DNA of 63,720 nucleotides, counting the filler, from Rozella allomycis CSF55 (lineage: Eukaryota): the NCBI GenBank assembly GCA_000442015.1. It is 9 parts of 9 records of this genome, joined end to end, with 100 filler letters (N's around TTAATTAATTAA, not from the genome) between each part and the next. Parts side by side here need not be neighbours in the genome. Positions count along the whole stretch, not along the records: positions 33,696 to 46,985 come from KE560964.1; positions 47,086 to 58,853 come from KE560967.1; 7 more parts are not named here. One strand, given 5' to 3'. A program made the position numbers and the translations under genes. Under the pieces are notes generated by a model. The model did no database searches. It was not told where the DNA came from and was given only the letters and a program-made list of their open reading frames with translations. Below, piece by piece: positions 36,552 to 49,603 of the stretch (positions within the stretch are counted from its first letter, which is position 1; every line of letters begins with the position of its first letter).

Positions 36552-36809
36552 TTGGCCAGGGTCAACTGGTCAAGGAATATTATGCAGTCAATTCGTCATG
36601 ACAAACCAATCAAAATTTGTGTGTCAAGCGACTCTAAGGGGAAAACGGAATTTGTTACTGCCATGGATTTAAGTGATCATGAACTTCAAGATTCTGCCTG
36701 TAATAATGCTTCATTTACATCCATACACTACTCAATTGAAAATGTCGCTAACTTAATAACTAAAGCAGAGTACACCTTACAAAATTCTCTTGGTAAAAAG
36801 TTGGACTAA
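36552..36809 (+). CDS. Hypothetical small protein
   Basis: ORF divergent from ALG13; no family recognised. Confidence 0.3.
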   Translation: MARVNWSRNIMQSIRHDKPIKICVSSDSKGKTEFVTAMDLSDHELQDSACNNASFTSIHYSIENVANLITKAEYTLQNSLGKKLD

Positions 36810-36872
36810 GATACCTAGATGGGCTACATGATTTAATACTTCAATGGATAATGGATTCACAATAAATCTTTA

Positions 36873-37480
36873 TTAATTTCTAGGATTATGCAAGAATCCT
36901 TTTAATTTAGATGCGGTATTGATGATTATCAAACTCTTGTTATGACAAAAATTCCCACTAAGGTTTATAGATGGTATTAAATACATAGGGTCAAGAAGGG
37001 AAGAAAGGCCTACCCTTGAAACGACCGAAGAACTGCAGGAAATTCCATTTGCATATGAGTTCTTTTGTTTGCGGCTTCTTATTTCTTTGAATAATAACTT
37101 TAATTCCCGCTTTGCCTTCTGAGAATTCTCCAGTAAGTCTTGGTTTATTCTTTCGCATGACAGTATTAAAGACCGCAGATTATTTTCAAAAAAATCTGAT
37201 ATTTTAGGATCTACTCTATGCATTTGTTGCATCTAATAGGTGCTAGACAAAACATTTGGTTTACCTTGACATATTCCTTTTGGAACAAAGTGCACATAGT
37301 GTCAATCTTGGTGAATGAGGACCTTGCTAGTTTTTCACCAATTGAGGTAATTTAAATTTTCGTACTTTTAGAATATATTTCTACTACCTTTTTGTAGGAA
37401 TAATAATCTTCAGGATGATTTTCAGACTTTGACGTGAGCGATTTTAATGAGTTACAAGAAACAAAATCTCCGTGAAAATC
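36873..37480 (-). CDS. Hypothetical protein, multi-exon
   Basis: 119-codon last exon preceded by short GT-AG introns; start not resolved. Confidence 0.4.
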
Positions 37481-37642
37481 TGGATTTAGGGACTAATTAA
37501 TGTCCTATTTTTTTGGTTACATTTATAATCGTCATATGTTTTGTTAAAAATACAGGTTGAGGTAACCAAGCTAGATCTCAAAACATCTCATTCCATATAT
37601 AAATCAAAATTAAGAAGTAAATCATAAGTATAGTCATATATT

Positions 37643-38552
37643 TTATTTATCACCCAATTTGTAATGGCCGAAGTCAACTACACTTGAAATCATAGGGGTG
37701 CTATCTATCGCTTCTTTGACACTAATACTTTGATCGAATAGATACGACTGTTCATATAAGATTGTCTGTGGATTTTCATATTTATTCGCTCTAACTATAC
37801 TAATTGGCTTGAATCCTACTACATGCGTCGCCAATCGATTCGCGAATTCGACTGCACCCACACTACGATTTCCTTTAATGCCTACCCATCCACAAGATGT
37901 TCCTGTAGACACCCCTTTCAAGTTATGAATATAGGTACCCACAATCCATTCCGGTGGAGTAACAATTGAATATAACCTATTTAGAGATATATTTTCACCC
38001 AACTTTCCCACACTCTCGGCAATCGTTGATTTTATAGAATTTCCATTCATTAATTTAATATCCAAAACTTCATCAGGATGCCACTCCTTAAGCTTAAATT
38101 TGTCCTCTTTATTTGCCTTCGTCATTAAAGCCTTTCCTATAGATTCAGTCAAGTGTATAAATTCTTTATTGTTTGAAACAAAATCGGATTCACAACGAAC
38201 CTTTGATAAATGACTAAAAATGTTACCTCTACAATGCTTAGATATCGGTCATCACGCGACAAAGAGACCAAGCCCTGAAGAGTGCGTCTTCCAGAGACAG
38301 CATTAAGCTTTTCATATCCAAGCGTTTTGGCATTACAATTTAGCCATTCAAGTGCATCCTTATAAATGTTTTTGTTTAATGTGAGTGCTTCTTTACACAC
38401 TTTCAAGGGCATTGAAGTTTGTCTACGCAATTTGGATATGTTAGTAATAGTGCTTGAATCTAGACTACTGTAGGCCCTCAGAAATCCTTATCATTAAAAT
38501 TTGTTATTACATACTCATTTAATAACCGAACCTACCCTTGTAATTTAGACAT
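37643..38552 (-). CDS. TSFM: Mitochondrial elongation factor Ts, multi-exon
   Basis: KLRRQTSMPLKVCKEAL (UBA-like), GRRTLQGLV, EVRCESDFV, GKLGENISLNR, LATHVVGFKP, LYEQSYLFD; start approximate. Confidence 0.88.
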
Positions 38553-38921
38553 GGAAAAGTGTCTTTTGCAAACATAGAGGACTACTAATCTTCAAAGGTC
38601 TAAATTTAGTCTAAATACATCCAGTTTCCAAAAATTGTACAAGTGGTTGTTCTAAAAATGTGCCAACTGCCATGTACAAATTTCCACAATTTTTTTCATT
38701 AATCAGTCTTCACTCGGTGCAGTTTATCAATTACATAAATGAAAATTTTACGTTCAGTGGTTCCAAAGGTTCACTTCAAGGCTTAATTTCCGGATAGTAT
38801 CATCATGTTAAGCGAAGGCAGGGTATGGTAATCTTTCAGTGAGACAAGTCCGACTGCTAATTAATTATAAGTAAAGAATCTCAATTTTATTTAACAAAAA
38901 TTTACACTCTGCTGAAATTTG

Positions 38922-39786
38922 CTACATGTTGTAAAAGACTAAAATGCTAATGAAAGTACAGTGCATGAAATTATTGATAGTGGGCCCAATAAATATCGAG
39001 GAATTTTGTGATAGACCAAGACGGTCGGGGCCAGAATTGTGGCCAGGAACCAATTTAGTTCCTAAATTGTTGTCGTCGTCAGTTTCAGGCTCATTAACGA
39101 GATGGTTAGAGGATGTTTCCTTATGACCTGAATCCAATTTAGCTTCCCAGTTGTTTTCCTCTTCAGGTTCAGGCTCATTTCTAAGATGGTCAGAGTTAAT
39201 TTCGTCGGCATCATTCTTAAGAACCAACTTGGTACTTAAAACGTTTTCGCCTTCTGAATGATTATCTTCTTTCTGTACCCTATGAGACTGGCTATTAGTA
39301 TAATTAGATGGCATTGAACACCCTTCGTTGGAATTTGCCAAGTCTAAGGTCCAGTAAGATCCCACGTTTGCTAACCCTATAATATTGACTTTAGGTTGTA
39401 TCATATTTAAATAATGACCACGTGAATTGTACCATTGGTCGAATATTCGTGACACAGTTCCCTCGGTGTTCATTGCAACGTTTTCAAAAATACTCGAATA
39501 GGAAAGTTCAACTGAAGAAACTCGATCACTAGATAATTTGTTAATGTGATTTTTACCTTAGATCGCTATTATGCGCTCCAGAATGAGTCATCTTATGAAT
39601 TTTATGTTGGTATGATGCCTGTCTGAAGGCAGCTTTGGTTAATTTATCATTATAGCAAACTGGTTGTAAACCTTTCGAGACCCTCAATTCGTTGATTTTT
39701 TCTATAAATTCATGTTGATTGGCACCAGTTAGCGATGCTCCCACCAAATTTACACAAAAAACTATTGCAACAGTGATAACGTACAT
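38922..39786 (-). CDS. Secreted CAP/SCP (PR-1-like) protein with acidic repeats and hydrophobic C-terminus (possible GPI anchor)
   Basis: Signal peptide; INELRVSKGLQP..LTKAA..MTHSG, ENVA, QWYNSRGHYLNMI, YWT; 27-nt intron. Confidence 0.85.
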
Positions 39787-39855
39787 AGTTGAAACAAGGG
39801 GAACCAAAATTGGATAAAAAGACTTAAAAATAGAAATTATCGATCAAAATAGTAT

Positions 39856-41012
39856 TTAATTACGTCGTGATAAAGTTATACCAAGAATCAATGCTATTAT
39901 CAAAATAATAATCAAACATATCATTAGGCAACACATTTTCTAAGGATAAAATGGCACCAGGCACTCTTACTCTTCGCGATCGTTTTTGAAGCCTTGTTGC
40001 CTTTCTCATATGTTCCACACCTTCAGTGGTGTAAGCTACCGATTGGGCGACGTGGTGATCAATTTGGTTAATCATATCACCTTGGTTTTCAACCAAAACT
40101 GACAAGTCTACAAAGAGTTGATGCAGTTCCTGTTTAAAGTCAGCTTTAAAGATACCATAATCCCTTGCTCTATTCTAATAATATCCTGATGCCGCTCCTG
40201 TATAGTTTCTAGCATCTTTCTAGCTTCAGCCGAACTTGACAGTAACTTTTCTTCTGAAGCATATAATTTACATTCCCACTGAAAATGTTTGTGTTTTCAC
40301 CGCTTGTAACTCTCTCTATTTCATCAGCAGAGGCATCGGGTTTCACATAAGAACATACGATTGGAAATAATTACCAATAAGATATTGACGGTGCAATTTG
40401 GCTTTAAATTTATCCTTAAATTGAATTTGTATTTGTTGATAATCATTCATCACATTCAAAAGCTTTTTTGCAGTAGACGAATGCTGTCAGGTACCACACG
40501 TTCCTTTTACCTGACTTTTACGTATTCTTAAATCACTATTTGATGGATCTTCCTTTTCTAATTTTTGGTTTACCTCTTCAATGGCTTTTATGTTTAAAGA
40601 AAAGTGTATTACCTTTCAATCTTGTTCGGGTGTCATTAGCTATTTTAGTGTTTTCGGTCATGATGCGCTCAACAGATTCCCGAATCTCTTTTAATCTTTT
40701 CCTTATATTTTATACCCGATTCTTGCTCGTCGCTCATCGCAATCAGCGCGTTTGACTGCATTTCATTCATTAGATCAACATTTCTTTTTATGATCGAAAC
40801 ATTGTTGCGCAAGTTATTTATCTATTATTTTTAACTGTTTAAATAATTACCTCTTCGAAAAATGAATTCATTTTCGGGTCCTCGTCGGGGATCGCTTTTT
40901 CAACGTCAGTCAATTTCTTTTTCTCCTTAGCAGGAAGAGGTTCACTTTCAAACTAAATTCACAATTTGAGATTGCTTTGTACCTTTTGAAGCTCCTCAAA
41001 ACGATTCCTCAT
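39856..41012 (-). CDS. Plasma-membrane-type syntaxin (Sso1/STX1-like Qa-SNARE), multi-exon
   Basis: MRNRFEEL, DLRIRKSQ, RQYLI..PDAS, IQERHQDIIRIEQGI.ELHQLFVDLSVLVENQGDMINQID, C-terminal TM after KMCC. Confidence 0.92.
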
Positions 41013-41780
41013 CAGTGGTTGTCAAGGTATATTTTTAATCTATTCTTGATATCAAAATTTGATGAACTAATAAATAATATGACGAGGCTTGTAATTTATA
41101 AATGTGATCCTTACGTCCGCTCCGCCGTTTCGTGACGGTTCTGATTAATCTGACGTTTTTTCAGTTATAGTATTCTGTTTATTGTAGTTGACTTATTGAG
41201 GATATCTTCGTTCATAGTTCTGAGTTCACCATTCGGTGATTCAAGCGCGTTTAATTTGTGAACGATTTCGTCGTTCATTGCTGCGTTACGTGGAATCTCT
41301 TCTCTGCAGTTTTACAATCTTCACATACTTCTTTCCACCATCTTCAACAGCCCTCATGTTCTTATTTAATTCATAAACATGCTTTGAAGATAAGGGGTGC
41401 CACTATTTTTAGAAATTTACAAGTTATTCGGTGTCCCAAGACAATCATAAACTCAACTTGCGGTTGTGCTCACTTCGCTCGCATTGTACTATCAATAAAG
41501 TAATTAATAAATGTATTTATATGTGCGTTTGTCTGCGTTTGAGCTTGCTAGCACTGCGAGTATTATAGGCTAAAGATAATTACACCCATAGGAGAAAGTC
41601 AACATGGTTGGGGAGCCAAATGGCAGATAATCCGCCACAATGGCATAAGATTAAACCACTGAGGCTGAGTACTAATAATCATAATAAATTATGACAATAA
41701 ATATTTTTAATTTTATTTTGATTATTTTGGTTTAAAAAAAAGTAAGCAAGAGCTTGGCAGGTGATTGGCATTGGAGGTTA

Positions 41781-44700
41781 CTAGGAAAAATTAATTGTCT
41801 CCAACCTGTTTGTTAAAGATGCTATGTCAGAGAATGTATCAAAAGTGTCGTTTTGATCTATAATAAAAATTGGAGTGTTTAAATGAAATTTTTTTGTTTT
41901 CCAATCATTGCTGACATAAATTGATAACGGATTAGCTTCCGACAATAAGGCAAGCATGTCTCGCTCATTTAAAATTTTGGAATTAAATAATTTTCGCAAC
42001 TCGGGGATTATAATAAGCTCAGCAGTTAACAATGGCTTTAACTTATAAACGGTGTTTTCACTAATTAAGGTTGAGGACTCTAAAATCTCATATAAGCCTT
42101 TGCGATTTTACTGTTACACGAATTAGATGGCCCAACAAGGCATTAGCGGCGTGTTACAGTGGACACGTCTTGAACGATATATTTTGACAAGGCTTCGCGA
42201 AAAAATAGAATTATGTTATGTCTGTCTATAATTAAATATATGTTGTTTATCTCAGGAGGAGGGTCTTGTGGTTTAAATTCCTGTCAAATTTCCAAGCGAC
42301 TTTTCTGTCGTCTGGCTACTACATTACGCGATGCTCCACAAGCAATTGCTTCCATTACACGAATTGCTATTCGTTTTGAATTAATATTCCTGTTAACGAA
42401 ACGTTTCAGCTGTAACTGTAACTCTTTCAATTGATTATTGATTGTTTGTTGATAATTCGTGATTTTGAATAAATGCAAACAAGCACATTTCGTCTCTAAA
42501 ATTATGCTCATATGCGATGCAGTAAAAATCAATACGGGAGATATTATCGTCGTTGCCCTAACTGTTGAATTTAGTTCTGGCAACATTTCCTAGGACAACG
42601 TCAACGTTATTGTTGCAATCGTGTAACCATGCCTTGAGGTCGTTGTTCTAATTTCTCGTCAATGCCTTTATTTTTTGTACTTAAACGTTATGAGTTAACA
42701 TGCGGTCGTGAATATATCGACATACTCGTTTTGTCTTGTCTTGTTAACGGATCAACACATAGACGTACGTTGTCGCTTGACAAACTGTGACAAAATAAAG
42801 AGGTTTTACGTGGCATCATCGCCAGTGTCGACGATTGCTTCTACGTCAAGGGGTTTTGTTGCTTGGGACGTGCAGGAACTCGATTTTTGGCAGACCAAAT
42901 GCCTGCAATACTTCACGGGCAGTGCTATCAGCCATTTGTTGTGTGTATAAAGTTAAGAATAAATGGTTGCCTCGTTTGGTCATGTGCTGACGATATTTGA
43001 GAACGCTTTTTATATCGCTCATTTTTGAGGTTTCGAGCCAATAAGTAATGGATTTTTTTGTAACAATAGACGTCATAGGGGCCACATTACACTAATCAAA
43101 CTTGAAACAATCGGATATATATATATATATATATATACAAGCGAAATATGAAACTCATCTTTAGACTGTAGAATTCAAAAATAATTTTGGTTACTATATC
43201 GCCTTTGGAAGCGTTTAAGGGAAAAACGTTGAGGCAGAAATTGGATGGCATCGCAAATTGCATACATGAATGGATCATGCCGCCAACGAGCCAACGGAGA
43301 ATGAAATAATTGTGTCTACAGAGGTCAATAGTGCTGGTGCCCGTCATTATGATTTAAAGGACATTCAAAGTATCTATGATTATTATACTGTTCGCGGAAG
43401 CAATAATTAACATCATAACGTTTGATTACACGTTTCAGGGCCTCACAGGCATTGGTGCCAGACACTCCAAAGTCAAACGCTTCTGACCTATTCTGTCGAC
43501 AAACGTTTGGCAAAATAGGCACGACATGTTGATTAATGTAATTACGACCAGCTTGGGTTTATTCCTAAATTAGTAAAGATATTTTGTAATTCTTCTTCTC
43601 TCTTAGCAGAAGATTTTGTTAGGACATATTCACGCATTGTACGGCAAAATGTATCGAATTGATGCATGCGACATCTTTGATTTCTGTCTACTGCTTTTAC
43701 AAAATGGGAAAAATCTAGGTAGTGAGACAAAAAAGATATTCCTTGACAAGCTAAAGTAATTGCGGCATCATTGTCAGTAAATATGATGGTAAGTGATAAT
43801 TCAAATTTCGGACAAATATGTTTACCATGTGAATGTGCGTGAGTCTTCTAAAGATATAAGGGCAGCTGCGACAATGTAAAAACGCCATTACAATCTAAAG
43901 ACACGAAAGTGTTAATGACTGGTCACATCGAATGCATTTATATGTTGTGTCTAAAAGAAGCAAGTCACAATTAGTGGACTTAAAAGTTTTCAGAGCCCTA
44001 ACATCGCACCACATAAAATTGAACACTGTACCTAATGAGTCTCTTTCGACTTGTTTTCGCGTGTTTGTGTTATGCTCTTGCTCAATTTGTTTTATGAGTT
44101 TAACACATTCTATACCGTTCGTTCCAAAAAGAGATTTGCGCATTGGTTTAACTTTGCTTGTAATGGTTGTTAACGGGACTTGGTTGTTTGGATACATTAC
44201 TTAGCGGCCGGTATGTTTTTGATTGATTTCATCTTGTTGTGCACAAAGCTATCATCAACATAGTCAGGAAGAGGTAACACTTTATCACTAGGTGCATGTT
44301 TATGTTCAAAACACATGAAGTCCAACTTTTGCGATCTCAGATTTGTACTTGGATGTTTGGACTGGCTGCAGGACAAAATAATCTTGTTCTTGGCGATTCG
44401 CATTACCATTATGAGCGTAGCCCAATGACGTTGATTCGGATACAATTCTGTCTTAAATTGATATGGCGTTTAGGTGAAGATTATTAAGTTCATTAACAAA
44501 AGCATTCATATGAGATACGTATGAGAGGTCGCAAATGACGCCGTCGTTGGTTTTTATATGATACAAATATCGTGGTCAAGCAAACACCAATCAATAATTG
44601 TTGTATTGGTATTACCCATCTCAAACTCAATGTGAAGCATATGTTGTTCAAATATTGTATGTAGATAAAAACATGATATGGCAACGGCATGGAATTGCAA
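41781..44700 (-). mobile_element. Decayed Mutator-like (MULE) transposase region
   Basis: LLLLDTTYKC, IFTDNDAAI, QRCRMH and GTNACEALKRVIK correspond to the MULE DDE motifs (D.TY, ITD, C..H, TN..ES); many stops and frameshifts. Confidence 0.7.
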
Positions 44701-44929
44701 TGTCAGAACACAATACCCTTCATTACTCAAGCAACAGCAATAAACTATGTCACTTATAGCCAATAATAAAACTAAATCATATTTATAGAGATTCAAGGCG
44801 AAATAGTATATAGACAACAAGATTCGACAAATTATCCAAAACATTAAGGTGAAGACATTGTCGAGGAGATCCCAAAAAAATTGTTTTTTATAATAGGGCT
44901 GTAGATTGCTAAAACATTTACAAAGTTCA

Positions 44930-46870
44930 TGGACATAGCAGCCATATTGCGTTCATTGACATGTCAGAGTTGGGTCTACGAGGTTGCCATTTGAAAAGTA
45001 ATACGCAGTCGACGTAAAACCTTTGCAAAATAACTATAAATATTAATTAGTTTTGAGGTTTATGTAAAAAATGTTGGACTAAGTGGCTGGTATGAAAAGA
45101 CAAAACAAAGACCGAGAGTTCATTAAAAAAATAAGAATTGAACCTAGTTAAAGTCCGCAAATTCGAAAGATAATAGCAGCCCACTTTCATTCAAATGAAA
45201 GCATTGTAGGAGGAGGCGTGTTTGATACAAGAAAGTGAGCTAGTGACAAACGAGACATTGTTCTGTGGATTGGAAACACCTATCAAGACTTTGGTAACAT
45301 TTTATTTTTAGGCTGACATATAGGAACAACGAAAACGAAATTTCTCGAGATAACTAAAAATGTTGTAAAAAAGGTGCAAAAACCCTCAATTATATATCGC
45401 GAATATATTTGATGACTATCATGAAAGTACCTATTGTCGAATTAGATTAACAAAGAATTGTCACGAGGTATGCGTACCACCATTTAAAGCCTTTGAGAAG
45501 CATTTTAATGAGCATATCACGTATCGCCACGTTGATATGGGACATCACTATGCGTGGTTACTGCCAGCAAAGCTACAATGGCGAAAATATGGCTCTTCGG
45601 GGAACGAGTTAAATCGTACAAAGGCAAATACTCATCTTACACATGCAATAAACGTGAACTGGAATCGTAAAAATAATCTATTTTATATTTATAGCTACTT
45701 TCAAAATGATTATAAACCGCGAGTTTATATTCAAATGCCGGATACGGCAATATCGTTCACGCTTTGCAAAAAAAGGAACAGCTATCTTAGTTGGGCCAAA
45801 TTTTGCATATTTTAATGAATGCGCACATATATATGTTAATGTACATTAAAATGGGATCAGGCTTTGCAAGAGGTTCTAAAGCAGCGAATGAAGCTGTTGA
45901 GTGTTTTATAGAATACTTTCGTATATATGGTAGACACCACGGCAATATTAAGGTTATTTATGTTTTAAAGATGAGAGAGTACAGGAAGTCTTTGAGAACA
46001 AGATTTAAGCTTAAAGCGAAATAAAGTACATCTTTCAATAATTATAATTTTAGTATTAACTACATATTATTTTTGACGAGAGATACTAATTTTTTTCTAT
46101 GTAGAAATAAGCCTCGCGGTTATAATGACATGTCATATGCCATTAAGGCGCAGCCCAGCATCCTCCAATCACATTCACTTAAACACGCGTAGATCCCACC
46201 GGGGGTGTATAAACACCCTGTGTTGTCAAAGCTTTAGCCAGTTTTATAAGCATATTCATTGTTTTTTTGAGGCCACAGAATCAGAACATGAATGAAACTA
46301 GTGATCGCACTGGTCACAATTAATGATATAGGTTGCCTATGTGTTTATTTTCACGTCTTTGTGCGAACACAAGAAACGTTCTCTTGTGTTCTCATTTGCG
46401 TAATGACAGCCGGCATGTGGAAGATGTACTTACAGAATGCAATAGTGCGTTTTCGAATCTTAATTGTCATCATTTTTTCTTTAGTTATAATGAAAGTATT
46501 TTTGCTTCCTTAAAAAACCGTAAGCCTCTTTCCATTTTAGAGTGCCAACATTGCGCCTAACGAAAATGTTCCTTCACCATCGTACACAAAAAATGTCGTA
46601 ATCAGTATTCCAGCGTGTTTACGTCAGTTACGTTCGGATTTGAGTAGAGACCTGCACAAGACGGTTTTTCNTTTCAGTGAATTGAATTTGAAGTATGGCT
46701 AAAAATACCTTTGTCCCTGATTCGGAAGCTTCACAATTGGCTGCTGTTTGCAGAATAGATCCCCGTATTCCATGGTGGGCTCATAGATTAAATACTTTAC
46801 TGGAAAAAACCTGTATTCACCGTCAACTTACAAATAGAATTAAACGAAGCATAAATGCATTAATGCCATA
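44930..46870 (+). pseudogene. Degenerate ORF divergent from the MULE transposase (possible TE accessory gene)
   Basis: Chain of overlapping short ORFs in shifting frames; weak HW..Q..SC pattern near 46305-46400. Confidence 0.3.
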
Positions 46871-47327
46871 AGACATATTGTTCCATTCTTTAAACAATCG
46901 TTTCTGATGAACAAATTAACGTCTATATTGAAGCAACTTGTTGTTTGTAAAAGGCAAATTACTGTGATGTAACATAGATCTGACANNNNNNNNNNNNNNN
47001 NNNNNNNNNNNNNNNNNNNNNNNNNNNNNTTAATTAATTAANNNNNNNNNNNNNNNNNNNNNNNNNNNNNNNNNNNNNNNNNNNNCTTAAGCGATTGATC
47101 AAATGATGGATCGTATTCGCGGATACGGTGGGATACCCATATCCGCCAAGCATTCCACCTTCAGAAGGTTGTGTTTCTTTGATGCAGAGAGGCCTCGTTG
47201 TTCCCTTTAAACAAAAGACCCATTTTCGGCATTTTTGTAGGGTTTGATGATTCTCTGTAGAATTCTACGGTACAAAGTTTTGGAAATTACCTGAAAAAAT
47301 CACCAGGAGAATGTCGACCTGAATCAC

Positions 47328-47756
47328 CGAAAATTTCCGAAAATCGAAAATCTCCGAAAGAAGATTGAGCGACAATAAACTATCACAAACTGTTGAATTC
47401 AATAAAGATATTCTTTGTTTAACCCCCTCAACCCTAACCCTTTACCCTAACCCTCCCTAACCCTTCCTGACCCCTACCCTAACACCCCCAAATCAACCCT
47501 AACCCTACCCTAACACTCCCNATTTAACCTCCTCAACCCTAACCCTTTACCCTAACCCTCCCAACCCTAACCCTTCCTGACCCCCTACCCTAACACCCCC
47601 AAATCAACCCTAACCCTACCCTAACACTCCCTAACAACCCTAAAAACTCCCTAGCAACCCTAACACTCCCCAAAAATCAACATTTCGATAAACTGTACTT
47701 TACGGGAATCCACAGAGGAATATTTTTCGGAGATTTTCGGTTTTCGAAAATTTTCG
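47328..47756. repeat. Degenerate (CCCTAA)n telomere-like tract (47420-47672) flanked by 32-bp inverted repeats
   Basis: Many CCCTAA units; arms 47328-47359 and 47725-47756 match at 30/32 as reverse complements; tract partly duplicated across N 47521. Confidence 0.8.
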
Positions 47757-47840
47757 AGAGTTTTGGCAAACTCCCGCTCTTGTAACACAAACTTGTTCTT
47801 TCTATTTATGTTCTCTCGTTTGATTNTATATTTAAAATAT

Positions 47841-47872
47841 TTATCGGACGGGGAGTTTACGACCCGGACTTT
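47841..47872 (+). mobile_element. 5' terminus of the HINE-like family
   Basis: TT-ATCGGACGGGGAGT is the inverted repeat of ACTCCCCGTCCGAT in the 3' terminus. Confidence 0.55.
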
Positions 47873-48480
47873 AGAAACAGACAGGGTCGTTTTAAGAATC
47901 GCTTGTTACAGTTACACCTACTTTTGAGTCCCTAGCGAATCTTAAAAAGTATACAATCGATTATAGAATTATATTAATTAAAAGATAAAATTTGTAGACA
48001 TTTATTTATTACAACATGATAATTGAGATTCGGGATTCGTAGGAGGAAACTGGAAAACGGTAAGTGACGGTCACGAGCGATAAAAGAAAGCGGTAAAATG
48101 AATTCCTGAATGTTTTTAAAATAGATATCGATTATTTTAGACGAAATCACACTAATGTCAAAAAATGACTTGTAACCGGCTTTTAGCCGCGCTTATCCGA
48201 AGTGGCTAATAAGTTAATCATGGCCTTATTTTATTGAGTCTAAAAAGTTTTGAAAATTATTTGCTTGACACCCCTTAGTCACATTGGGAATCAACATGTC
48301 AAAGCCCCATCCATCAACNTTTTACAGCTATTTCTTAGTAATAAAAATAAACATTAATTTTTCTGACAAATGTGAGAAAGAATATGAGGCTTGGTAAGAG
48401 GACACTAGGATAAAATAAGTACTGGGAGATATTTTTTAAATAAGTAAAAATACTAAAATTATATTTAGATTATAAGAAAT

Positions 48481-48820
48481 TTATCGGACGGGGAGTTTAC
48501 GACCCGGACTTCAGAAACGATTATTGTCAAGTTGAGTTAATGCCATTTTCACTTCGAATACACACTCACGTTAAGGGATTTACACCGTTGACCAGGGTGG
48601 TTGTCGAGTGGTGTGTGTGTGTGTGTGTATGTATGTGTGTCTGTAACCATTTTTTGCTTCCGTTTTCTCCCAAATTAAGTCAGTGAATTCACAATCCCCG
48701 ATAATCGAAGTAATATTGTTTTTGAGGTCCTGTTATGAAGGTTATTGACGAGATATTTCAAAAAGTGGTGTCTGTCATCTGTGGGGTTGGGAGTTTGAAT
48801 GGATTTTTTAAGCGATAATA
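48481..48820 (+). mobile_element. 5' terminus and interior of a HINE-like element with a GT microsatellite
   Basis: TTATCGGACGGGGAGTTTACGACCCGGACT, then (GT)n/GTAT/GTCT microsatellite at 48610-48645. Confidence 0.55.
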
Positions 48821-48928
48821 TATAAATNTCCGAAGTGGCTAATAAGTTAATCATGGCCTTATTTTATTGAGTCTAAAAAGTTTTGAAAATTATTTGCTTG
48901 ACACCCCTTAGTCACATTGGGAATCAAC

Positions 48929-49263
48929 ATGTCAAAGCCCCATCCATCAACACCCTGGTACATAAAAAATTGTTCCACTCCTTTCCTTAAGACAAACATA
49001 CAAGAAACATTGAACATAAATCAAAAATGTCTCAAAGAACACCTCAATACTCCAAAGACTCTAAAAAGCTATTAGATTCCCTTAGTCACCTTTATGAAGC
49101 AGCCAAGTGGGGGAATCACCAATTTCGATTTTCTCCTCGACGAACAGAGCCACTTCCATCTATTCCCTTTCAGAGCAATTCTTGCAGGCTGCGCACTTCC
49201 CTTTTTGGTCCCTTGTCAAATGAATCGCGTGCAAAATTATATGACTGGGCCAAGCAATTTTAG
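48929..49263 (+). CDS. Hypothetical small protein (exon structure unresolved)
   Basis: ATG at 48929 preceded by TTAGTCACA; overlapping 48-aa and 78-aa ORFs. Confidence 0.35.
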
Positions 49264-49603
49264 GAAATGTGCAATTTAGATTAATATAGAATAAAAATAA
49301 TTTTAATTTTCATGGTATATGGTCTAAATAATTATCATAATAACATGTGACTCAATCTCTTGCCTTAATTTGCTGCTAACGAGATAATTAATAATGAAAT
49401 AGAAATAAATTAACAAAATGCATTTATGGGGAGAAATGATTAAAAATATGAATCTGAATTCAAAGCCTAAGCGTAGACTCTATAGAACCAAATAGCTACT
49501 TATTATTACGGTCATGCAGTAGTCATATCATATATAAATCTATGTCTTTTATTCTCAAAACTTTGAGTTACACGACGTTGCAAATTTCCAGAATTTAGGA
49601 AAC

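Noticed and set aside
43115-43137. (AT)n microsatellite
   Set aside because: Ordinary simple repeat within decayed TE sequence
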